From IMG/VR virus record IMGVR_UViG_2718218494_000001: a stretch of 64,000 bases of DNA, one strand, 5' to 3'. The notes beneath the pieces are model-generated. The model worked only from the letters and a program-made list of their open reading frames with translations, had not been told where the DNA came from and made no database searches. The stretch comes from an uncultured virus (IMG/VR IMGVR_UViG_2718218494_000001). Lineage: Duplodnaviria > Heunggongvirae > Uroviricota > Caudoviricetes. The translations under genes and the position numbers were made by a program. Below, piece after piece: positions 49,607-59,372 of the stretch (within the stretch, counting starts at the first letter, position 1; each line of letters starts with the position of its first letter).

Positions 49607-50267
49607 CTTTCACCTCCTGAGGGGCGGCTGGCAGCGGCATCCAGTGGGTTACGTTTTGCAACTTCAATCTGTCGCATGGCTCATAGCCATCAATGGTAAA
49701 TCCATCATCAGAACTATACATAGCCTCGCCATAAACCTGATCTCCATCGAAAGCGATAACTGCCTCAAAATCTATCGGCATCTGCTCGCTTACCGGAATC
49801 CATTTACCCGGCACGGTAGCGGGTTCACTGCCGGGTGACTGAGGGGCGGCTGCGAGCATGGCGGCGCGGCAGGCGTTCCAGGAATCAGCGGCCGCATTTC
49901 GCTGGTCTTCATCCCACTGGAATACAGCGCGGTCACGACGCCTGGCACTGGCAAGAATTTCGATACTGTCCGGAGTGGCTTCTTCCGGCACTACCGGCGC
50001 TGGCTGCGCGTGGCGATAGAGCGGCTCAACCTCTCCCGCCAGGTCACCTCTACTGGCGAGATGCCACCGTTTATCTGGCCCACTGCGCCAACGCCACGCC
50101 ACCGGCTCGCTGTCCATCGCGGCCAGCGCCAGTTCAGCAAGCTGCAGGTCAGCCAATATTTCTTCGCGTGCGCTTTCGAATGCTTTCTGTCGTGATGCCA
50201 TTTTCAGCGCTTTGACGTTTTCACGAGCGCGTTCGTGAAGCTGCGCTCTGGTTAATTTGCTGGTCAT
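49599..50267 (-). CDS. Eaa-like DUF551 protein
   Basis: WIPVSEQMP...VTHWMPLPAAP. Confidence 0.8.
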   Translation of the reverse strand: MTSKLTRAQLHERARENVKALKMASRQKAFESAREEILADLQLAELALAAMDSEPVAWRWRSGPDKRWHLASRGDLAGEVEPLYRHAQPAPVVPEEATPDSIEILASARRRDRAVFQWDEDQRNAAADSWNACRAAMLAAAPQSPGSEPATVPGKWIPVSEQMPIDFEAVIAFDGDQVYGEAMYSSDDGFTIDGYEPCDRLKLQNVTHWMPLPAAPQEVKGE

Positions 50268-50476
50268 TGGTTGGCTCCCCGTGAAATTTTGTGGCCCGGC
50301 GCATAGCAGCGCTGGCGGTCTTTGCTGATGCGCCAGCCAGCTTTGCGCGCCTGCTGAGAAATATCGGTCATATTCCGGCCAATAAAATCAGCCTGCCCCT
50401 GCGGATAGATTTTCCCTGACTGACAACCATCACAGTCGCAGTAGAGGTCCGCGCAAAATCCTTCAGTGATAGCCAT
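50264..50476 (-). CDS. Hypothetical Cys-rich protein
   Basis: YCDCDGC...ARKAGW. Confidence 0.65.
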   Translation of the reverse strand: MAITEGFCADLYCDCDGCQSGKIYPQGQADFIGRNMTDISQQARKAGWRISKDRQRCYAPGHKISRGANQ

Positions 50477-50647
50477 CTACTCATCCTCCCCGGTAATTTC
50501 GTGGTAGCCGTAATTGCATTGATTCAGGAAAATATCCTTAGCTTCTGCCGCAATCTCTTCATCGGTTGCATCATCTTCAACTTCGAATATTTCCTCGAAA
50601 TTTCCGCCAACAATCCCGGTCTCAATGGTCACTTTGAATTTACGCAT
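50477..50647 (-). CDS. Small acidic protein (56 aa, not in the ORF track)
   Basis: MRKFKVTIETGIVGGNFEEIFEVEDDATDEEI...; fills the gap exactly. Confidence 0.6.
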   Translation of the reverse strand: MRKFKVTIETGIVGGNFEEIFEVEDDATDEEIAAEAKDIFLNQCNYGYHEITGEDE

Positions 50648-51390
50648 CACTCAGCCTCCACCTTGATGCCAGCGGCAGACGAGAGTAACTCAAGCGCCAA
50701 TCGCACTTGATGCTCAACTTCATCAGCTAATGGTGATTTGTAAGTATTCCTATAGTCCGGCAACTTCACAGTGACGGTGCGGGGTTCCAGGCATTCAGCA
50801 GGCTTAGTGCTCCAGCCGTGCCACCACATGAAGGCGCAGTAAGCGGCAACGTCGCGCGGATCACCTTTGGCGATATGCTGGTGAAAGTGCGTCTGGCATT
50901 GACTTGGCCACCCATCCTGTTTCCAGTCCGCGTCGTAGCCGTATTTTAATTGGGCCTTGTACAGCTTCTCTGCTAGGGCAGTGCAGAAGTCGGTCACCAA
51001 CTTCTGCGTATCCGGGTGAAGCTCGGATGGAATTACCGGTGCAGGCTTCACGGTGCGGGACTCCAGCTCGGCGATGCGAAACATCACGCGCCGTGATTTT
51101 TCTCTCTCCCGCTCAAGCTCTGCGTCCAGCTCGGCGATGCGCTTCTCTGCCGCTTCCGCCCTGGCCTCCTGCTCATGCGCTTCGCTCCATCCGCGATTGC
51201 AGTGAGCCTCCGTGGCTTGCGACTTCTCCAGCGCCTCTACCAATGCGAGAATGTTTTCCGGCGTCATTAACTCTTTGAATGTTTGCCTGGCAATGGTCGC
51301 CTTCACATATCGAGCTATATGGGCAGTCTCCTTGACGTCAGTTGCCGCCGCTTTCAGGCTCTGCGCCAGTTTGGTGATATCAGTTGTCAT
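50647..51390 (-). CDS. Ead/Ea22-like protein
   Basis: P.NILALVEALE, coiled coil, AAGIKVE tail. Confidence 0.75.
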   Translation of the reverse strand: MTTDITKLAQSLKAAATDVKETAHIARYVKATIARQTFKELMTPENILALVEALEKSQATEAHCNRGWSEAHEQEARAEAAEKRIAELDAELEREREKSRRVMFRIAELESRTVKPAPVIPSELHPDTQKLVTDFCTALAEKLYKAQLKYGYDADWKQDGWPSQCQTHFHQHIAKGDPRDVAAYCAFMWWHGWSTKPAECLEPRTVTVKLPDYRNTYKSPLADEVEHQVRLALELLSSAAGIKVEAE

Positions 51391-51812
51391 GCGGCACGCT
51401 CCCATTTCACGCCATTTTTCACCAACTGGCGGCAGTGCCGAATAATTTCAGCTCGCCCAACTTTGTTACCCAGCCTCCATGGGGAATAAAACTTCTCTTT
51501 ATCAACCTCTTCCCCGGTTGAGTTTTCGGCGTCATACGCATACCCAATGCCATCCCAATCAGTGGTTTCATCGATTAGCCGGTTGTGGAGAATGTCAAAC
51601 GCCTCTTGGCTATCTGCCTCCCCCCAATAGTCAACGGTGACGACTTCCCACGTCTGGTACCACATGCAGTTTGAATAAATCATCCCTTCGCCGCGTGACC
51701 ACACTTCCCGTCGGTATTGGCGTGGCATAAGAGCAATCAAAATCTTCATGGCGGCGGTGTTAATTTTTTTCTCAATGCGCGGTTTTTCGTTGGTATAGCG
51801 TCGCTTGTTCAT
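51387..51812 (-). CDS. Hypothetical protein
   Basis: Coupled ORF. Confidence 0.65.
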   Translation of the reverse strand: MNKRRYTNEKPRIEKKINTAAMKILIALMPRQYRREVWSRGEGMIYSNCMWYQTWEVVTVDYWGEADSQEAFDILHNRLIDETTDWDGIGYAYDAENSTGEEVDKEKFYSPWRLGNKVGRAEIIRHCRQLVKNGVKWERAA

Positions 51813-52000
51813 TTGGCCCCCTCGCGCAGCTGCTTGGCAATATAATCCGCAAGTTCGCCTTTTTTATTTAGGTTTTGCATCTCAATCAGGTCGGACATTG
51901 CAAGTCCATTGGTCGGCGAGATAACAACAAAGTTACCGTTAACTTCAAACTGGCGACCTTGCTTCTCCATGCGTTTCACAAAATCAGCGACCTTTGACAT
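51809..52000 (-). CDS. Hypothetical protein
   Basis: GGAGG RBS. Confidence 0.6.
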   Translation of the reverse strand: MSKVADFVKRMEKQGRQFEVNGNFVVISPTNGLAMSDLIEMQNLNKKGELADYIAKQLREGAK

Positions 52001-52394
52001 TTAACACCTCCAAAACGAAAGACTTCGCCCACTCGGCCTCTAGATGACATTCCATTGACACAAGATGCGCGGCAAACTCCTCCACCCCATCAGCCTTAAT
52101 CCCGGCTACGATGCGATCGGTGGCGGGGGTTTGTACTGCCGTGACATTAGACCGGTGGTCATTCCATCCGCGCGCATATATCGGATTTATGGACATGCCG
52201 TCCTTCACGCAGTACCGCTGGCCACCACCATTGATAACTTCAATCTCTTCCGCAACGGCTGCCTTCAGCGCCATATTCTCCGCAGCAAGCTGCTGGTACG
52301 ATTTCGCCAGCTTCAGGAACTTCTGCTCTCTGATCGACAGCTCGCCCGCAGACTCCAGCGACCGAATGAGCTCGTTTACTGTTTCGATGTTCAT
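51984..52394 (-). CDS. Hypothetical phage protein
   Basis: Start MNIETV; LAAEN.ALK and TPATD motifs. Confidence 0.65.
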   Translation of the reverse strand: MNIETVNELIRSLESAGELSIREQKFLKLAKSYQQLAAENMALKAAVAEEIEVINGGGQRYCVKDGMSINPIYARGWNDHRSNVTAVQTPATDRIVAGIKADGVEEFAAHLVSMECHLEAEWAKSFVLEVLNVKGR

Positions 52395-52586
52395 GCTGTC
52401 ACCCACTCGATCGCCAGATAAGCCACATACAGGACGGCGACGATTGCCACCCAACCAATGATGTTTGCCACCATCACGAACAGCAGCAGTGACCGCCGAC
52501 TGTAATTCACGAAATCAAAATCCATACTTACCCCCGCTTACCCGTTTAACTTATTGATTCAATTGATATCAATGAAGATCGTTGTT

Positions 52587-52934
52587 TTAGAACTCTTCGA
52601 CCTTCCACCCGCCGCCGGCTTTTGCCGGGAGCTTCGTTACTCCGATGATCCGGAATGGGTACTGGTCGGCGGCGACTTTGGTTTTCACCCTGGCATCGTC
52701 GGTCCAGTAACCCCCCTTCACTTCGTGCATTTCCAGTTGGCCGTTTGCCAGCATCACGGCGAAGTCAGGCGTGTAGAACGTGTTGTCAGCCAGACGCAGC
52801 TTGATGCCTTCGAACCGGTACCAGGCTATCTCCCCGTAGCGCTTACGCAGTTCAAGCTCTTGCGCATACGCCGTTTCGGTTTTGTTCATCTGGCCCGCTT
52901 TAAGCCGGCCTAGTGCCTGTACTGTCTTTCGCAT
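52587..52934 (-). CDS. PD-(D/E)xK nuclease (DUF1064-like)
   Basis: YTPDF...EVKG. Confidence 0.8.
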   Translation of the reverse strand: MRKTVQALGRLKAGQMNKTETAYAQELELRKRYGEIAWYRFEGIKLRLADNTFYTPDFAVMLANGQLEMHEVKGGYWTDDARVKTKVAADQYPFRIIGVTKLPAKAGGGWKVEEF

Positions 52935-53053
52935 GATTTTTACCTTATTGGTAATTTATAACCATAAACGGATCAATATCAATAGTCTTGCGCATATTTT
53001 ATTACCCTTTTGGTAAACATTAAGGCGTAAAAAAACGCGCTTCCGCGCCGGTA

Positions 53054-53839
53054 TTACTTGATGAGTCCTGCTGCCTTCCCTCGCCGGTATTCCTCCATCA
53101 GCCACTGTGCCGGGGTTATACCTCCGAGTGTCGCCGCGTTAGGCATGCATCCGAAGCTTCGACCTGGTGGATGGTAGGTATTGCCACCGGGGTCTGGAGG
53201 GGTGCTTATAGGCTCTGGCTTCGACTGGATGCTCAGAATCGGATCAGGTATCTGATGACCTGCCGCGACCTTTGATGCCCATTCGTCAAGAAGCTTACGC
53301 GCATGTTTCTCAACTTCAATCTCACTTAACTGACGCTGGTACATCGCGCGCCTGGTATCGCACACAATCCAGTACATGACAGGGTGGCGCCACGGGAATT
53401 GTTCTGGTCCGCCAGGCTGTAGGCTTTTCTCCTTGGCGTAGCGGTGAAACTCCCCCATCACATCTTCGATGCTCACGCCAAGCACCATCTTGCTGTCTTT
53501 GCACCACTTGATGAATTGACCTGGTGACGGCCAGAACGGTGATTCACAGGCACGGGCATGGCGCATTCCTGCTGATACCTGCTCGCGGGTACGGATACCA
53601 CCTTCGGCGAAAGCGGCGATCCACTGGCGCTTAGCGTCGGTCTCCTGCTGTGCGGTCTTAAGGTTGGTCTGCTCTGCTGCCGGAAACAGTTGCTTGAGCT
53701 GTTTAAACAGGGCATCGACAAGTCTCTCTGCGCTGATGTTCACAACATTGTCTTGCTGAGCCTGGTGATTGTCCGGACCCATCATGCGAGCCAGGGCGCC
53801 GGCATCACGATTCTGAATTGCTGCGAATACGTTACTCAT
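53054..53839 (-). CDS. Replication protein P-like helicase loader
   Basis: LF.QL...FPA, KRQW..AFAE.GI, PSPGQFI.WC. Confidence 0.85.
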   Translation of the reverse strand: MSNVFAAIQNRDAGALARMMGPDNHQAQQDNVVNISAERLVDALFKQLKQLFPAAEQTNLKTAQQETDAKRQWIAAFAEGGIRTREQVSAGMRHARACESPFWPSPGQFIKWCKDSKMVLGVSIEDVMGEFHRYAKEKSLQPGGPEQFPWRHPVMYWIVCDTRRAMYQRQLSEIEVEKHARKLLDEWASKVAAGHQIPDPILSIQSKPEPISTPPDPGGNTYHPPGRSFGCMPNAATLGGITPAQWLMEEYRRGKAAGLIK

Positions 53840-54603
53840 AAGAAATCCTTCCAGCCTTCAGGGCTGTTCCAGTGTGGTACTTCATCGTCAGAGCTTTCAC
53901 CGCGCTTTCCTGCCGCTCTTTTTTTCCTGTTCATCAGCAGCCGGGCAAACTTCTGCTCCCACTGCACGTGTTGCATCACATTGCCTTCTGCCATCCAGTA
54001 GGTGATGAATTCGATCAGATCTGATTTCTTGTAACCGTCAGCTGGTAGCGCATGGCCCCATGTTCTGGCGCGCATGACAAAGTCCTCTGACGGCTTCCAG
54101 TTTTCATGCATGGTGAATTTGCCAATTGGCTCTCCGATACCATCAACGACAACCGGAGGGACTTGAATTACTTCGCGCGCAGAGAGAGGGGTTTTTATTT
54201 CCCTGATCCCTGATCCCTGATCCATTCCTAATGGTACTTGTACCGTATCAGTACCGTACTCATACGGTACTAGGGGTAAACCTTTGATTTTGCTTTCTTT
54301 TGGCTTATTCACTACCTGATGTTTAAGGAAATTAGTTATGACCCCAAAATGCTTGCCATCAGGGGTGGAAAACATGGATAAATAACCACAGTTGGAAAGC
54401 TCCCGTATTAGTACCGGAATAGGAACGGATGGTTCTCGGATAGGGAAAACTGCAGCTTTGATAAGCTTCGGGTTTGCATTGAAATAGCCTTCATCATCTG
54501 CGTAATTAAGCAGACCAATAGCCAACAAGCAGGCTGGTTCTGATACCTCTGCCATGTCTTCATCGGCCCAGAACTCGGGCTTAATGGTGCGAATGCGGGC
54601 CAT
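53836..54603 (-). CDS. Replication initiator with a DnaT-like C-terminal domain
   Basis: MARIRTIKPEFW, ADDEG, EFITYW...WEQKFA. Confidence 0.85.
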   Translation of the reverse strand: MARIRTIKPEFWADEDMAEVSEPACLLAIGLLNYADDEGYFNANPKLIKAAVFPIREPSVPIPVLIRELSNCGYLSMFSTPDGKHFGVITNFLKHQVVNKPKESKIKGLPLVPYEYGTDTVQVPLGMDQGSGIREIKTPLSAREVIQVPPVVVDGIGEPIGKFTMHENWKPSEDFVMRARTWGHALPADGYKKSDLIEFITYWMAEGNVMQHVQWEQKFARLLMNRKKRAAGKRGESSDDEVPHWNSPEGWKDFL

Positions 54604-54812
54604 CAGATCACCTCCACGGCATTACCTTTTGAGGCCTCATGCATTAGCCGTTTTATCTCAGCATGGCGGCGGCGGTTAGTCTCGAGGGTGCATTCGACAC
54701 AATGCCCGTTGTATACCCATCGCTCACTGTCATGGCCGTGCTTACATTGCTTACCGGTGTAGTAGCGCTTTAGTCCTGCCTTTGCCGCTTCGACGCGAGT
54801 AATGATCTCCAT
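54603..54812 (-). CDS. Small Cys/His protein
   Basis: YYTGK.CKHGH..ER..NG.CVEC. Confidence 0.7.
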   Translation of the reverse strand: MEIITRVEAAKAGLKRYYTGKQCKHGHDSERWVYNGHCVECTLETNRRRHAEIKRLMHEASKGNAVEVI

Positions 54813-54959
54813 AGTTCCTGTCTCACTCTGGTTGTGGTTACGGTAATTTTGCAGCAAGCCAAAAAAAAGATCAACCGTATTTGGATAATTATTACCGAAT
54901 TGGTGTACAGGGAGAGGCAGGAGCCGCCTGGGGGTGGCGGCGAGGGTGAGTTTTGAGGA

Positions 54960-55193
54960 TTAACGTTCGTGGAACCAGAGGACCAGGTCGGATTTTGCGG
55001 AGATCCACTTACGGGATTTGCAGGCTTTAAACAGTCTTTCTAACAGAGGCTTACGTGGAATTCTTCTACGGCCAGTCAGGTGAACCTGAATGTAGTGGCT
55101 GGTCGTGCCGGCGTCACTTGCGAACTCTTCACGCTCTGCCGGAGAGAGGTCGAGCCAGCAGCGTTTGAAGTCAAATTTTTGCACATCGCTCAT
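54960..55193 (-). CDS. cro: Cro-like regulator
   Basis: FASDAGTT..YI HTH; divergent from the repressor. Confidence 0.75.
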   Translation of the reverse strand: MSDVQKFDFKRCWLDLSPAEREEFASDAGTTSHYIQVHLTGRRRIPRKPLLERLFKACKSRKWISAKSDLVLWFHER

Positions 55194-55231
55194 ATTTTTT
55201 AGTCCCGGACTAACTTTAGACAGCCTGATTA

Positions 55232-55293
55232 TTACCAATCTGGTGTAAAAATCAATGACTGTTACCTTTTTGGTAAGTTTACCTTTATGGTAA
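55232..55293. promoter_or_regulatory. Immunity operator cluster
   Basis: TTACC-N5-GGTAA at 55262 and 55279; variant at 55232. Confidence 0.85.
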
Positions 55294-55346
55294 TATTCTA
55301 TTAAATTTAATCAGTTAGGTAACAATTCCAGGCTAAAAAAATAGAA

Positions 55347-55928
55347 ATGAAAAGCATCTACGACATAAGACGCGACAACCTCAATGAGATAATCCGGAAG
55401 GATTTCGATAACACGCAACTCCGGTTTGCCGAGAGAATCAAAAAATCAGCTAACCTCGTTAACAGGTGGAGCAAGGGGACAAAAAATATCGGCGCTAACG
55501 CGGCACGCGAGATCGAGTCGTTCGCCGGAAAAGGTCGTTTCTGGCTGGATATCGACCATCTGTCAGATACCCCGACGCTGCCGGAGATTATCGACCCGCA
55601 GGAATGGAGTGTGGAAAAGCAGGCAGCGTTTACCCTGGGTGTATGGATGGGACAGCATCCGGATCTGAACTCAGAGAAAAAGGTTTCGGAAGCGGCCGGT
55701 ATCGGCCAGGCGACCGTAAATCGCATCCTGAACTGCGAAGGCTCCACCAGCATTGGCGTACTGTCGGCTATCGCCAGGGCGTTCGGCCGCGATGCATATG
55801 AGCTGATCCTGCCGCCTGGTAATGCTGGTCTGATTGACTATGACCACCATGAATACGCCGGGCTGCCGCAGGAAGAGAAAAACAAGATCACCGCCTTCAT
55901 CAAGTTCATCGTCAGCCAGAACCAATAG
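55347..55928 (+). CDS. Prophage repressor with two HTH domains and no S24 autocleavage domain (SPC32H Rep-like)
   Basis: IRRDNL..TQ..FAE and GIGQATVNRIL HTHs; no peptidase motifs. Confidence 0.85.
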   Translation: MKSIYDIRRDNLNEIIRKDFDNTQLRFAERIKKSANLVNRWSKGTKNIGANAAREIESFAGKGRFWLDIDHLSDTPTLPEIIDPQEWSVEKQAAFTLGVWMGQHPDLNSEKKVSEAAGIGQATVNRILNCEGSTSIGVLSAIARAFGRDAYELILPPGNAGLIDYDHHEYAGLPQEEKNKITAFIKFIVSQNQ

Positions 55929-56148
55929 CCTCTAATCTACCTGTCACTCCTGCCGGGGGGATAACTTCCCGCGTCTCATACATTTACCAAAATGGTAAAC
56001 TTTTCCTCGTCACATCTATTGACTAATTCGTAAATTGATCAGATTATTACCTTAACGGTAACAGCAGGGCGTTGAATTACCAGAAACCCACCACCGGGTG
56101 GCTTTCTCATACCCCTGATATTTACCAAATGGTAATAGTGAGGTGTGT

Positions 56149-56298
56149 ATGCAATGGCAAATCATTAACGGCTGGTACTGCGTTACGGCATGCGGGCTGA
56201 TGAGCTGGAAGTTTCGCACGCTGCCGGAAGCTATCAGCTGGGCATTCGTCAGCAAACTGGCAGCAAAAACGGAAATGGGTATGGGGGTGAGCAAGTGA
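56149..56298 (+). CDS. Small early protein (49 aa, not in the ORF track)
   Basis: GAGG RBS; MQWQIINGWYCVTACGLMSWKF. Confidence 0.6.
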   Translation: MQWQIINGWYCVTACGLMSWKFRTLPEAISWAFVSKLAAKTEMGMGVSK

Positions 56299-56594
56299 AC
56301 ATTCAGCAGATTAACAACCTGAAAAAAATCATGAACAACATCGACGGCGACTACCAGCTTAACCAGATGCTGTACGAGCGCCACGTCGAGCTTATCGACG
56401 CGATCAAGTTCCATCAGCTGCAAAAGCCATTCTACGAACTGGAGCGCAAAGGCGTGCGCAGCGAGATCCTGGAAGAGCTGATGATGAGCTCTGAGTTTGA
56501 AGAATGCCTGGCTGCGTATCAGCGGGAACTCACCGGCATCATTGCCAAGTGGGATCTGGCTGACCAACTGGATACGGCGAGGAACGCGGCATGA
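56295..56594 (+). CDS. Hypothetical early protein
   Basis: GTG start overlapping the previous stop. Confidence 0.65.
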   Translation: MNIQQINNLKKIMNNIDGDYQLNQMLYERHVELIDAIKFHQLQKPFYELERKGVRSEILEELMMSSEFEECLAAYQRELTGIIAKWDLADQLDTARNAA

Positions 56595-57490
56595 TGCAGA
56601 ACGCTGGAAGCATGGACAGAACCAAATATCTCGGCGGCAGTGATGTCGCCGGTATTCTCGGCATTAGCCCATGGCGCACTCCGCTTGAGGTGTATCTGGA
56701 TAAGGTTCAGCCACGTATCAAACCAGTAGATCCTTCAAAGCAGAAAGTTTTCACGCGTGGCCAGCGTATGGAGCCATATGTAATTGACCTGCTTTCTGAA
56801 GAGACGGGCCTAGAAATTATTCACCGCGGTAACCGGTATATCCATCGTGATTACGGATTTATCGCAGCAGAGATCGATGCAGAAGCGGCTACCGGAGAAA
56901 ACATCGAGATCAAAACAGTGAGCCCATTCAAGGCCAAAGAATGGGGAGAGGTTCAGACAGATGCTATCCCGGTGCATTACACGGCGCAGGCCATGCATGG
57001 GCTAATGGTTACAGGGAAGCAGGTATGTGTATTCGGCGTCCTGATCGGGGGTGATGACTTCCGTATCTATCGTGTTGAGCGAGACGAAGAAACCATCCAG
57101 GCCATTCTCGAGAAAGAGGTCGCTTTCTGGGACCGGGTTAAAAACCTGAACCCTCCAGAAGCAACCAGCGTCAGCGACATATATCTGATGTTCGAAAAGG
57201 ACTCAGGAACAAGTATCGAGGCTGACGGAAAGGCTCTGGCCCTTTTCAATGACCTGCGAGATATGAAATCAAAATTCAAGTATCTGGAAGATGAAATTGC
57301 CGTATCGGAAGAGAAATTAAAGCTCTACATGCAGGAGCACTCGATTTTGACGCTGGACGGAAAGCCGATCTGCACCTGGAAATCTCAGGTAAGCAACCGG
57401 TTTGATCAGCAGTTATTTCAGGCGGCACACCCAGAACTATTCGAAAAATTCAAAACAGCAACGACATCACGCGTTTTCAGAATGAAGTAA
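56591..57490 (+). CDS. YqaJ-family recombination exonuclease
   Basis: LGGSD...LG.SPW.TP, EIKT, Y.AQ. Confidence 0.9.
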   Translation: MMQNAGSMDRTKYLGGSDVAGILGISPWRTPLEVYLDKVQPRIKPVDPSKQKVFTRGQRMEPYVIDLLSEETGLEIIHRGNRYIHRDYGFIAAEIDAEAATGENIEIKTVSPFKAKEWGEVQTDAIPVHYTAQAMHGLMVTGKQVCVFGVLIGGDDFRIYRVERDEETIQAILEKEVAFWDRVKNLNPPEATSVSDIYLMFEKDSGTSIEADGKALALFNDLRDMKSKFKYLEDEIAVSEEKLKLYMQEHSILTLDGKPICTWKSQVSNRFDQQLFQAAHPELFEKFKTATTSRVFRMK

Positions 57491-57499
57491 GGAGAAAAA

Positions 57500-58522
57500 A
57501 TGTCTACCAACGCACTTAAGGCAGCTGCGACAGGAAACCAGGTCGCGCAGCATAGCGACAAACCAACCACTCTGGCTGGCTTGCTCGCAGATCCAAAAAT
57601 TAAGGCTCAAATGGCTTTAGCGCTTCCTAAGCACATGACTGCAGATCGCCTTGCACGAATCGCTACCACTGAGATCCGCAAGGTTCCAAAACTGGCCGCA
57701 TGTGACCAGGCCAGTTTCCTCGGGGCAATTATGCAGTGTGCTCAACTCGGGCTGGAACCGGGCGGTGCACTTGGCCATGCATACCTGATTCCGTTCGACA
57801 AACGCCAGAAAGTAAATGGCCGCTGGGAAACTGTATCGACAGAAGCGCAGCTGATTATTGGTTATCGCGGAATGATTGACCTCGCCCGTCGGTCAGGTCA
57901 AATCCTGAGCATATCAGCGCGTACAGTCCATGCGAACGACAAATTCAGTTACTCATACGGACTGGAAGAAACGCTCGAGCATTCACCTTGCGAGACCGGT
58001 GACCGAGGAGAACTTACGCATGTTTACGCCGTTGCACGCCTGAAAGATGGCGGCGTTCAGTTCGAAGTTATGAGCCGGGCAGACGTTGAGAAAGTTCGTG
58101 CCCTGAGCAAAGCCGGAAGCAGCGGACCGTGGGTGGACCACTTTGACGAGATGGCCAAAAAGACGGTGATCCGTCGCCTGTTTAAATACCTGCCTGTTTC
58201 TATCGAACTGCAAAAAGCGGTTGTGATGGATGAACGAGCTGAAGCCGGCCTGAGCCAGGATAACGCAGCTGTTATCACCGGTGAGTATTCCGTCGTAGAC
58301 GATGAGCAGCAGAGCATGACAGCGGTTTCTGAATCTGATCGAGAAGAAGCGCGTGAATACGCTAGCGCCATTCTGAACAGCCTCGATCCTTCTGTGGATG
58401 ATGCAAAGGCGCTTTTTAAGCGGGCAGAAGACGAAATAAACGCGCTGGCTGAAAAGTTAGGCGATGAATATCACCAGGGATTCATGACGACGCTTAACGA
58501 TATGCGTCCTGAATTTGCATAA
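57500..58522 (+). CDS. recT: RecT recombinase
   Basis: ALPKHMTADR, QLGLEPG.ALGHAYL, IGYRGMIDLARRSG, EMAKKT. Confidence 0.95.
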   Translation: MSTNALKAAATGNQVAQHSDKPTTLAGLLADPKIKAQMALALPKHMTADRLARIATTEIRKVPKLAACDQASFLGAIMQCAQLGLEPGGALGHAYLIPFDKRQKVNGRWETVSTEAQLIIGYRGMIDLARRSGQILSISARTVHANDKFSYSYGLEETLEHSPCETGDRGELTHVYAVARLKDGGVQFEVMSRADVEKVRALSKAGSSGPWVDHFDEMAKKTVIRRLFKYLPVSIELQKAVVMDERAEAGLSQDNAAVITGEYSVVDDEQQSMTAVSESDREEAREYASAILNSLDPSVDDAKALFKRAEDEINALAEKLGDEYHQGFMTTLNDMRPEFA

Positions 58523-58573
58523 CACCACCACCGCGGCGCCGGGCGCGCCGCACTGAAAAAAAGAGAGGTAACG

Positions 58574-58822
58574 ATGAAAGGTGCATTTAACAGAAAGCAA
58601 CTACTGGAGGTGGTGCCTGTATCGATGAGCACTATCGACCGCATGGAGAAAAACGGGGAGTTCCCTAAGCGTTTCTGGATCACAGACAAGCGCTGTGCCT
58701 GGAACAGCGAAGAGATCGAGCGCTGGCTGGATGAACGTCAGCAGAACGGTACAACGGAGTTTGCTGGAAAAAAGCCTCCGCTTGAGCAACGAGTATTTCG
58801 CCGGGTTGGTAATGCGGCGTGA
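58574..58822 (+). CDS. AlpA-family regulator / probable excisionase
   Basis: S.STI.R.EK.G.FPK...AW...EIE.W. Confidence 0.85.
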   Translation: MKGAFNRKQLLEVVPVSMSTIDRMEKNGEFPKRFWITDKRCAWNSEEIERWLDERQQNGTTEFAGKKPPLEQRVFRRVGNAA

Positions 58823-58931
58823 CGTCGCTGGCGAGGTACTGGGAAAGGTGGTCAGGATGGTTTCTGTACCTGGCCGCCGTATCCGCCTGGCTGTTCCTGC
58901 TGGCGGTCATTTTTCGAGAGGGTTGGATACG

Positions 58932-59225
58932 ATGAATCGGATGGAAAAATACCACGCGGATTATGTCTCGCAACGCAAAGCGCCCCCTCTTGTCGCCGTA
59001 ACGCCGGCGGCAATGGAGATCGAGCAGCGCGCTATTGCTCGCGAGAAAAAAGGCCAGTACCGCCTGGCCGCTCGCCTCTGGCTTGAGTGCATGGATGCGG
59101 CCACTGGAGAGGTTGAGCGGGCCCGTATCGCTATACGCCGCGATCAGTGCATTGGCCGCGGGAATCGGCTTCGCCATGGATGCTATGCCGGGATCTGCGC
59201 CACCGCAGGGGTGATTTATGACTAA
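58932..59225 (+). CDS. PerC-family protein
   Basis: A..RE.KG.YR.AA.LWLE motif. Confidence 0.7.
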   Translation: MNRMEKYHADYVSQRKAPPLVAVTPAAMEIEQRAIAREKKGQYRLAARLWLECMDAATGEVERARIAIRRDQCIGRGNRLRHGCYAGICATAGVIYD

Positions 59226-59372
59226 CCCACACGACAGCATTCGCGTAGGAAGTATCACGCTGGTTTATTCGTCCGTGCGCCGTGGCTGGCTGGCGCCAGG
59301 CGGCCAGGTTATCCAGAACCCGCTGAAGGCTCAGCGCCTGGCGGAGCAACTGAATAGCAAGAAGGTGTCAGC

